This document shows positions 57,186 through 64,000 of a DNA stretch of 64,000 nt, piece by piece. The stretch is from Deltaproteobacteria bacterium. Its GTDB lineage: Bacteria > Acidobacteriota > Thermoanaerobaculia > Multivoradales > JAHZIX01. A model generated the notes under the pieces. That model saw nothing but the letters and a program-made list of their open reading frames with translations, had not been told where the DNA came from and ran no database searches. The first letter of the stretch is position 1. Each line of letters opens with the position of its first letter. Made by a program: the position numbers and the translations under genes. Where the stretch lies: NCBI GenBank assembly GCA_022601195.1, contig JAHZIX010000008.1, positions 167,429-231,428 on the forward strand, written 5' to 3'.

Positions 57186-58595
57186 ATGATCTCGACCCTG
57201 CTCTGGATGAGCCTGGCCTTTAGTCAGGCACCTACCACCTTTGATACTCACTTCACCGGCACCACCCTGAGATTCGACTACTTCCACAGTGGCACCGCTG
57301 GAGAAGAGCACATCAGCTTGGATCGCTTGCGTCAGGAAGGAGACTGGCCAGGCTCCAGGACTCGGATGATCGACGACACCCAATTGGGCAAATACCTCTT
57401 CGAGGTCCTCGATGCCGACAGCGGAACCCTGCTCTACTCTCGCGGTTTCGCGAGCATCTACGGAGAATGGGAGACAACCGGCGAGGCTCGAGGCGGAAGT
57501 TGGCGAACCTTTCATGAATCTCAGCGATTCCCGGAGCCCCGCAAACCCGTCCGATTGGTCCTCAAGAAGCGCGATGCCGAAGGGGGCTTCGTTGAGTTCT
57601 TCTCCACATCGATGGATCCCAACGACCGCGGCATCGATCGCTCGGCTCTCACCACCGCCGGTACGCCCTGGACCGTCTTCGAAACCGGCCCGCCGGCAAA
57701 GCGGGTCGATCTACTCATTCTCGGCGACGGCTATGGCAGCGGTGAACAGGAGACCTTTCACCAGCGGGTAAAACATCTCACAGCTCAGCTCTTCGCTTCC
57801 GAACCATTCAAGAGTCACCGAGGAGACTTCAACGTCCGTGCGGTGGATGTCGTTTCCCAGGATTCTGGCATCACCGATCCCAGGACGAAGACTTGGCACC
57901 AGACTGCCCTTGGCCTCAGCTATGACGCCTTTGGCTCCGAGCGCTATGTCCTCACCGAGCAGAATCGGGCGATTCGGGAGGTAGCGGCTCTAGCCCCCTA
58001 CGATGCGCTGATTCTTCTGGCCAACAACGAGAAGTACGGTGGAGGAGGAATCTTCAACCTGTGGACCACGGCAGCAGCTGGTAGCGGCCAAGCCGACTAC
58101 TTGGTGGTGCACGAATTTGGTCATTCTTTTGCCGGGCTCGCCGATGAGTACTACACCTCTCCGGTCTCCTATGAGGACTTCAATGCTCCTGGCGTCGAGC
58201 CCTGGGAACCCAATATTACGGCCCTTCTCGACCCGAAGGCCGTCAAGTGGGGAGACCTGGTCCCGTCAGAGACGCCACTGCCAACCCCTTGGAGCCAAGC
58301 GGAGTACGACGTGATCTCACGAGCTTTTCAGGCCGAGCGACAAGAGTTGCGATCCTCCGGAGCCTCGGAAGAACGAATGAATCGCTACTTCGCCGAGGTG
58401 AAGAAGCGCACCGAACCCTTGCTGGCTGGAGAAAAGTACGCTCCGAATGTGGGCGCTTTCGAGGGAGCCGGTTACCAAGCCAAAGGGCTCTACCGGTCGT
58501 CGGTCGACTGCATCATGTTCACTCGCAATCCCGAGCACTTCTGCCCGGTTTGTTCTCGAGCCATCGAGAAAGTGATCGCTCTCTATACGGAATAG
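57186..58595 (+). CDS. M64-family (IgA peptidase-like) metallopeptidase
   Basis: LRFDYFHSG, LGDGY, KYGGGGIFN, HEFGHSFAGLADEY, EPNIT, CIM, FCPVC. Confidence 0.92.
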   Translation: MISTLLWMSLAFSQAPTTFDTHFTGTTLRFDYFHSGTAGEEHISLDRLRQEGDWPGSRTRMIDDTQLGKYLFEVLDADSGTLLYSRGFASIYGEWETTGEARGGSWRTFHESQRFPEPRKPVRLVLKKRDAEGGFVEFFSTSMDPNDRGIDRSALTTAGTPWTVFETGPPAKRVDLLILGDGYGSGEQETFHQRVKHLTAQLFASEPFKSHRGDFNVRAVDVVSQDSGITDPRTKTWHQTALGLSYDAFGSERYVLTEQNRAIREVAALAPYDALILLANNEKYGGGGIFNLWTTAAAGSGQADYLVVHEFGHSFAGLADEYYTSPVSYEDFNAPGVEPWEPNITALLDPKAVKWGDLVPSETPLPTPWSQAEYDVISRAFQAERQELRSSGASEERMNRYFAEVKKRTEPLLAGEKYAPNVGAFEGAGYQAKGLYRSSVDCIMFTRNPEHFCPVCSRAIEKVIALYTE

Positions 58596-58629
58596 AGACT
58601 CCCTTGGGGGCTCCCCGAATCGAATTTCC

Positions 58630-58661
58630 TGAGCCCTATTCTTCCTTTCCTACGCGTTACC
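58630..58661 (+). promoter_or_regulatory. putative ECF promoter TGAGCC-N17-CGCGTTACC
   Basis: TGAGCCCTattcttcctttcctaCGCGTTACC; both boxes and their spacing are identical to the copy at 63266-63297. Confidence 0.75.
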
Positions 58662-58732
58662 TTCCGGGGCTCTCGGCGGTGGGCTCTTCCGACCACGAAA
58701 AACCGCCTTATCCAAAAGAGGGAGGATTCACG

Positions 58733-59620
58733 ATGTTCTATGCAATGAGCTGTCCTAGGTCGATGCTGGGAGCCTTAGTGGTTCTTATCGCTTGCCTTTT
58801 CAGCGTGGCTGCTCGGGGTCAATCAGATTTCGATCCCGGGTCCGTAGTGTTGACCACCAGTCAGGAGTTCCCGACTTTTCTGACTTTCGACCAACTCAAC
58901 CTGGACGGGGAGCTCTGCCCTACGAGCTTCGGCGGCCCGCTGGGGGCTGCGACCGGGGAGTCCCTAGCCCCTACCGATCCGGAAGCGATCCGGGTCTACC
59001 TCGATCTTCAGGATAAACCCCACGGAGGAGGAGATGATGGGCCCATTGCCAACATAGGCTCCCTGAGGCCAGATAGTGGTTCCGGCGGCGATACTTGTGG
59101 AAGTCCCAGGGAGCTGTTCAGCGACTTCCTCAAGTTGTGCCTGGTGAGCGTCGATACCATCACCACAGCTTGCGGCGAGTGGAAGCTCGAAGTGAGCCTG
59201 GACCCTCTTTTCCCTCAACCGGTCCAATTGTGGAATGTCACGAATACCGGGAATGGCGGCTTTTTTGTGACCGACGTCACCCTGGCTTTGATGCTGACCT
59301 TTACCCATACGATTGACAATAGGGTGATTATTCTTCGCCGGACCCTCGTGGTGCGCGGTGGCGGTGATTGGGCCCGGCAGGCAGGGCCAGGGGGGTTCGA
59401 AAGCCCCGGTAACTTTGAGATCGACACCGATTGCGATTGTTTCGGCGACCGAGAGGTGATGGGAACCACAAATTTCTTTCCCGGCTGGAGAGTTCCCGTC
59501 GGGCCGCCAGGGCTCATGGACACACAAGAGATCGAGCCGGCTCCGTTCTGCCTTACCAACTACGAGGGAGGAGGCCAGCTCTGCTTCGCGCCGGTCATGG
59601 CTCCTGAGGAGAAACGGTAA
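58733..59620 (+). CDS. hypothetical secreted protein (295 aa, 8 Cys in the mature part)
   Basis: GGAGG RBS before ATG 58733; signal peptide to ...SVAARG; 3' end overlaps the kinase 3' end by 26 bp. Confidence 0.8.
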   Translation: MFYAMSCPRSMLGALVVLIACLFSVAARGQSDFDPGSVVLTTSQEFPTFLTFDQLNLDGELCPTSFGGPLGAATGESLAPTDPEAIRVYLDLQDKPHGGGDDGPIANIGSLRPDSGSGGDTCGSPRELFSDFLKLCLVSVDTITTACGEWKLEVSLDPLFPQPVQLWNVTNTGNGGFFVTDVTLALMLTFTHTIDNRVIILRRTLVVRGGGDWARQAGPGGFESPGNFEIDTDCDCFGDREVMGTTNFFPGWRVPVGPPGLMDTQEIEPAPFCLTNYEGGGQLCFAPVMAPEEKR

Positions 59621-62567
59621 GAGGGGTACCCAACTCTTTTTCGAGCTCCAATAGAGCCTGTCGAGCTCGTTGAGTCGCCGGATGGGATTCGCCACGGGAC
59701 TCCAACAAGATCTGAGTGCTACCGACCAGGAGCGCCTGAGCCTCGGCCACCTGTCCAAGGCGGCCGAGGCCCAAGCCGAGGAGGCTCTCACTCTCCGCAA
59801 GCCGCCAATGTCCGGCAGGGAGTGCCTGCCGCCGAATAGCAACCGCCTCCCGGAGTAACCCAACCGCCTCTTCGGTTCGGCCTTGTTCGAGCAGCAACCG
59901 GGCCAGACCGGTTTGAGTGAAAGCCAAATCTGGATGGGATTCCGGCAAGGCGGACCGACGCACCGCCAGGGCTTTTCGGTACACGGCCTCCGCCTCCGGA
60001 AGCTTTTCCTGTTGCAACAACAGGGAACCCAGGTTGTTGAGGGAGAGGCCGACATCCGGATGATCCTCTCCCAAGGCGGACCGACGGATTTCCACAGCTC
60101 TGCGCTGGAGGGCTTCTGCCTCCACCAAATCGCCTTTGGCTTTGGCTACAAAGGCCAAGTTGTTGAGGCTCGACGCGACCGCCGGATGCTCCGGCCCGAG
60201 CGCCGTCTTTCGCATCGCCAGGGCTTGCCGATAGATTTCCTCTGACTCTGCCAAATCTCCCCGATGACGCACCACAGCAGCGAGGGTATCGAGGGTTGTA
60301 GCCGTATCCGGGTGGCTCTCCCCCAGAGCCTTTCGGCTGACCTCCAAGGCTTGGCGTAGTAGGGGTTCCGCCCGATCCAACTCCCCGCGGCGAAAATAGA
60401 GAGTGGCCACCGTGGTCAGAATGACGGCCACCCGGGGGTGCTCCTCCCCAAGAAGTCTCTCGTTGAGCTCCAAAGCGCGTAGCAGCACCGGTTCGGCAGC
60501 CTCATAGTCTCCACTCTGGTAGAGCAAAGTCCCCGCGTTGAGCTCGCCGGTGGCCACGTGGGGATGGTCCTCCCCGAGGGCCAAGCGTTGAATCATCAAG
60601 GCCTGCTGGACCAATTCGGCGGCTGCACTGTACTCCCCAAGGGAAGAACGCAACACCGCTAGGTTGTTGAGACTCGAGGCGACCTCCGGATGGTTCTTCC
60701 CCCACAGCCGTCGCTGAATCTCCAATCCCTCCTCTACCAAGAAGATCCCTTCTTCCACCTCACCACCAGCTCCCATGGCCATGCCCACCCCCACCAAACT
60801 CTTGGCAACAGCGGGATCCTCTCTTCCCAGTTGACCCTCGCGAATGCCCAAAGCTTCACGGTGCAATTGAGCCGCCCGCTCGAATTCTCCTTTGGCGTAC
60901 TCCAATTGAGCCAAATGGTCCAGACTCTCGGCCGCATCCAGGTGGCTAGCTCCGAGAGCGCCACTGCGAACTTCGAGAGCGCCCTCCAGGAGAGGAGCCG
61001 CCCGCTCGAAGAGACCCAATTTGCGGTAGATCTCCCCCACCGTGTCCATCATCACAGCACGGACCTGGGGCTCCGTACCCGTCTCTTGCTCGAGCTGGGA
61101 AGCGCCCCGATCTAGAATTTCCCGAGCCGTGATCCGCTCGCCCCGCGCCGTCTCCGGGTCCGAAATCTCGAACAAACCCAGGACAAAATCCAAGGCCTGT
61201 TGAGCTTTGGCTCGCTCCGTGTCCGCCCGGTCTCGCTCGCGACCGATCTCGAGTCTCTGCCAGGCCAAAGAGAGGACTAGGGCCGCCAACAACACCATGG
61301 CAAGAGAGAGCACCCTATTGCGCCGAATGAACTTACTGGCCCGGTAGGCGAAAGTGCTACGCCGGGCGACGACGGGCCGGCCTTCGAGATACCGGCGAAG
61401 GTCTTCCGAGAGCTGTTCGACACTGCCGTAACGACGGTCTGGCTCTGGGCTCAAGGCCTTGAGAACGATGTTGTCCAGATCTCCCTTGAGGAGGCGACTC
61501 AGTCGGTGGGGCTCTTCTCCCCGCAGCCGGCTGACCTGATTCGATTCCCTCGGCGCAGCTGGGTCGTTCTCTGACTGAGTGGCTTGCCCCGAGGTCGATT
61601 CGAAAGCAGCCCCCAAATCCCGGGTCACAATGCTGCTGGGCCGCTCCGGCGAGGATTCGCGCAAAGACCGAGCTTCCCCCGCCCCTAGCTGCTGGACAGG
61701 CTGATTGGGTAGGCGTCCGGTCAGTAGCTCGTAGAGCAAGACCCCCAGAGAATAAACATCGCTCCCCGTGGTCACCGGATCCCCGAGAATCTGCTCTGGG
61801 CTGGCGTAGCGAGGCGTCAAACGCCTCTGAGCGGTCACTGTTGGCTGGCCCGAGGGCGCAGACTCGTCCGCATCGAGGAGCTTGGCGATGCCAAAATCAA
61901 GCAGCTTCGGCTGGCCCTCCTCGGTGACGAGAATATTCGATGGCTTCAAGTCCCGATGAATTACCAAGTTGCGATGAGCAAACTGAACGGCGCCGCAAAC
62001 CACCCGGAACACCTCCAAGCGGCGCCGCACAGATAGCTGATGAATGTCGCAGTAGCGATCGAAGGGCAACCCTTCGATGTACTCCATCACGAAGTAAGGC
62101 TGGCCCTCCTTCGTCGTACCTCCATCCAAAAGGCGAGCGATATGGGGATGATCCAAACGGGCTAGGATGTCTCGTTCCTGGTGAAAGCGGCGCACGATCT
62201 CATCGGAGTCCATGCCCCTCTTGATCAGCTTCACGGCGACCACGTGCTGGAAGGCAGGGTCTTCACGGCTGGCGAGGAAGACGGCTCCCATGCCTCCTCG
62301 ACCGATCTCCCTGCCCACCCGATAGGGACCTATCTTGTGCAGACGGGCTTGGGAGGACGACAGCAGCGGGGCGAGGGATTCAGCAGCAGGAGATTCGAGA
62401 AAACCGCCAGCAGAGTCATAGGATTCGAGTAGAGACTCCACTTCCCTTCTCAGGGCTGGTTGCTCCCCACAACTCCGGTCGAGAAAATCGCTGCGTTGGG
62501 CCGGCGGCAGCTCCAGGGCTTCGGCAACGACCGCCTTGACCCGCTGCCAGCTCCCTTGACTCTCCAT
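59595..62567 (-). CDS. Hanks-type Ser/Thr protein kinase with TM and extracytoplasmic TPR repeats
   Basis: GRGGMG, VAVK, HRDLKPSN, DFG, TPRYASPEQ, DVYSLG; TM; ~42-aa repeats LGxxHPxVAxSLNNL. Confidence 0.95.
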   Translation of the reverse strand: MESQGSWQRVKAVVAEALELPPAQRSDFLDRSCGEQPALRREVESLLESYDSAGGFLESPAAESLAPLLSSSQARLHKIGPYRVGREIGRGGMGAVFLASREDPAFQHVVAVKLIKRGMDSDEIVRRFHQERDILARLDHPHIARLLDGGTTKEGQPYFVMEYIEGLPFDRYCDIHQLSVRRRLEVFRVVCGAVQFAHRNLVIHRDLKPSNILVTEEGQPKLLDFGIAKLLDADESAPSGQPTVTAQRRLTPRYASPEQILGDPVTTGSDVYSLGVLLYELLTGRLPNQPVQQLGAGEARSLRESSPERPSSIVTRDLGAAFESTSGQATQSENDPAAPRESNQVSRLRGEEPHRLSRLLKGDLDNIVLKALSPEPDRRYGSVEQLSEDLRRYLEGRPVVARRSTFAYRASKFIRRNRVLSLAMVLLAALVLSLAWQRLEIGRERDRADTERAKAQQALDFVLGLFEISDPETARGERITAREILDRGASQLEQETGTEPQVRAVMMDTVGEIYRKLGLFERAAPLLEGALEVRSGALGASHLDAAESLDHLAQLEYAKGEFERAAQLHREALGIREGQLGREDPAVAKSLVGVGMAMGAGGEVEEGIFLVEEGLEIQRRLWGKNHPEVASSLNNLAVLRSSLGEYSAAAELVQQALMIQRLALGEDHPHVATGELNAGTLLYQSGDYEAAEPVLLRALELNERLLGEEHPRVAVILTTVATLYFRRGELDRAEPLLRQALEVSRKALGESHPDTATTLDTLAAVVRHRGDLAESEEIYRQALAMRKTALGPEHPAVASSLNNLAFVAKAKGDLVEAEALQRRAVEIRRSALGEDHPDVGLSLNNLGSLLLQQEKLPEAEAVYRKALAVRRSALPESHPDLAFTQTGLARLLLEQGRTEEAVGLLREAVAIRRQALPAGHWRLAESESLLGLGLGRLGQVAEAQALLVGSTQILLESRGESHPATQRARQALLELEKELGTPLTVSPQEP

Positions 62568-62584
62568 CTTCGGCGCCCGAGGCC

Positions 62585-63151
62585 TCAGGCGCTGCCCATG
62601 CGGCGAAAGAGCCAGGCCTTGGCAACACTCCACTCTCTCTTCACTGTTGCCGGAGAAATGCTCATGACCTCCGCCGTCTCCACAACACTCAGTCCAGCGA
62701 AGAACCGTAACTCCACGACCCGAGTCTGCTGAGGATCGAGGGCTGTCAAATCGGTCAATGCTTGATCCAGCGCCAGCAGATCCACCGACGGCTCAGGCAC
62801 CGCGTCTCGCGCTTCGTCGAGGCTTAATTTCTGCACCTCACCACCGCGTTTGGAAGCACTCCTCTTGCGTGCATGATCGACCAGGATTCTCCGCATCATT
62901 TGGGCAGCGACACCAAAGAAATGGGCTCGATTCTGCCATCGCACTCTCTTCTGGTCGACCATCTTCAAATAGACCTCATTGACGAGAGCGGTCGCTTGCA
63001 AGGTATGCCCTCGCTTCTCACCAAAGAAGTAACCGGCAGCCAACCGGTGGAGCTCGTCATACACCAAGGGTAAGAGCTCTTCGAGAGCCTCTACGTTACC
63101 GGTGCTCCAGTCGAGAAGAAGACCTGTCACATTTTCTTGTTGATGATTCAT
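62585..63151 (-). CDS. ECF RNA polymerase sigma factor, TIGR02999-like
   Basis: VTGLLLDW, VYDELHRLA, HTLQATALVNEVYL, RRILVDHAR, VELRFFAGLS, TVKREW; directly upstream of the kinase. Confidence 0.95.
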   Translation of the reverse strand: MNHQQENVTGLLLDWSTGNVEALEELLPLVYDELHRLAAGYFFGEKRGHTLQATALVNEVYLKMVDQKRVRWQNRAHFFGVAAQMMRRILVDHARKRSASKRGGEVQKLSLDEARDAVPEPSVDLLALDQALTDLTALDPQQTRVVELRFFAGLSVVETAEVMSISPATVKREWSVAKAWLFRRMGSA

Positions 63152-63265
63152 AAAAAAATAGAAATTCCACCCAGACGATTTATTCCTCTTCGAGAATCCG
63201 GCCCGAGTAACTCCTACTCTATTCTACGGTCCACCGACTCCCAACGTTAAATAACCCACATTTTT

Positions 63266-63297
63266 TGAGCCCTTTTTCCAGATCTCTGCGCGTTACC
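63266..63297 (+). promoter_or_regulatory. putative ECF promoter TGAGCC-N17-CGCGTTACC
   Basis: TGAGCCCTttttccagatctctgCGCGTTACC, ~63 nt upstream of ATG 63361; second copy at 58630. Confidence 0.75.
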
Positions 63298-63360
63298 AAC
63301 CGTGGCTCGATAGGCGAGCCCAAAAATAAGGGCGATCATCTACCTTCATTGGGAGACAAA

Positions 63361-63915
63361 ATGAACAATCAGCAGGAAAAAACCAATCTAGCTCGCACGG
63401 GCTTTCTACTACTCCTAGGGCTGGCGTTATTAGTCCCCAGTGCCGCACAGGCATATATCAATTGCTATAGCTATGGCCCTGGAGGGATCCTTCTCGGCCC
63501 TTGTGAGAATGGATATAACGGCATCGTTCCGAGCTGCTCCGTCGTCGGCTACGCCAACGATCCGATAAGCCAAGGAAACACTCCTGACCTTCAAGCTCGT
63601 CTCATGGACCTGGGAAGCGGCGACTACGACGCCGTCACCATCACTCTTCCAGAAGGTTCCAATCGTGAAGCTTACCCGACCGGAGCCCCCACAAAGGGTA
63701 GCGCCAGTACTACCCTCCAGGCCCTTTTCCGTGCGGCTGACGAGGTCGGAGATGGCTTGAAAAAAGGAGAACACCCCTCCACCGATGGTGTTTTACTGGT
63801 TTTCGAACGGGGAATTCTCGACCAGTTCCCCGCCGGCGAACCGATTCCTATTGAAGAGCTGTTGGGTCTCGCTGACTCGGCCCGCTCGATTACCGGGTAC
63901 TACGCTCACCGGTAA
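63361..63915 (+). CDS. hypothetical secreted protein (184 aa) with a Cys/Gly/Tyr-rich mature N-terminus
   Basis: GGAG RBS before ATG 63361; signal peptide ...LLVPSAAQA; 3 Cys in the first 30 mature residues. Confidence 0.8.
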   Translation: MNNQQEKTNLARTGFLLLLGLALLVPSAAQAYINCYSYGPGGILLGPCENGYNGIVPSCSVVGYANDPISQGNTPDLQARLMDLGSGDYDAVTITLPEGSNREAYPTGAPTKGSASTTLQALFRAADEVGDGLKKGEHPSTDGVLLVFERGILDQFPAGEPIPIEELLGLADSARSITGYYAHR

Positions 63916-63927
63916 ATGCTTGTTTTA

Positions 63928-63984
63928 GGTCTCGTCTCTCACGCAAGGTCTACCCTCGCCGTGTAGGAGAGACGAGACCATTTT
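63928..63984 (+). terminator. intrinsic terminator
   Basis: 13-bp stem GGTCTCGTCTCTC / GAGAGACGAGACC followed by ATTTT, downstream of the stop at 63915. Confidence 0.7.
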
Positions 63985-64000
63985 CCCTGGCCCCTGACTG

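Noticed and set aside
58247-58732. N-terminal 162 aa of the 457-aa ORF 58247-59620
   Set aside because: Overlaps the M64 peptidase in another frame; RBS, signal peptide and promoter all point to ATG 58733

Overview
GC-rich (~60%) bacterial chromosomal segment. The gene repertoire (TIGR02999-type ECF sigma factors with a TPR-bearing Ser/Thr kinase, CadC-like wHTH-TM-TPR regulator, DUF4388, PQQ/BNR propellers, fused AroDE) suggests Acidobacteriota, possibly Thermoanaerobaculia; this is inference only. Housekeeping content: tRNA-His, aroDE-egtD, ETF-QO, yceD-rpmF-plsX-fabD-fabG-acpP-fabF (no fabH), four GT4 glycosyltransferases plus a WcaJ-like priming transferase, MoxR-DUF58-transglutaminase, recA, NhaC, Smr, PlsB-like acyltransferase, diguanylate cyclase, OmpA, HMG-CoA synthase, a VapBC-type module and several peptidases. 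No integrase, transposase, CRISPR array or rRNA was seen. The most notable signal is a recurring architecture in which a signal-transducing regulator sits beside small, unannotatable, secreted cysteine-containing proteins. (1) An ECF+kinase pair is flanked by two secreted genes whose upstream regions both carry TGAGCCCT-N15-CGCGTTACC. (2) An orphan ECF of the same family precedes a 6-Cys secreted protein with an equally spaced TGATGA-N17-CGTTCTT element. (3) A wHTH-TPR sensor is divergent from a 9-Cys pre-pro-peptide, with ~11-bp phased repeats between them and a DPP-IV-like peptidase plus SdpI-like gene nearby. Also notable: a tRNA-His with no encoded G-1 (G1:U72, A73), a frameshifted ~1000-aa outer-membrane protein gene and a structured intergenic ncRNA candidate. 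All product calls are from motif recognition by eye, not database searches.
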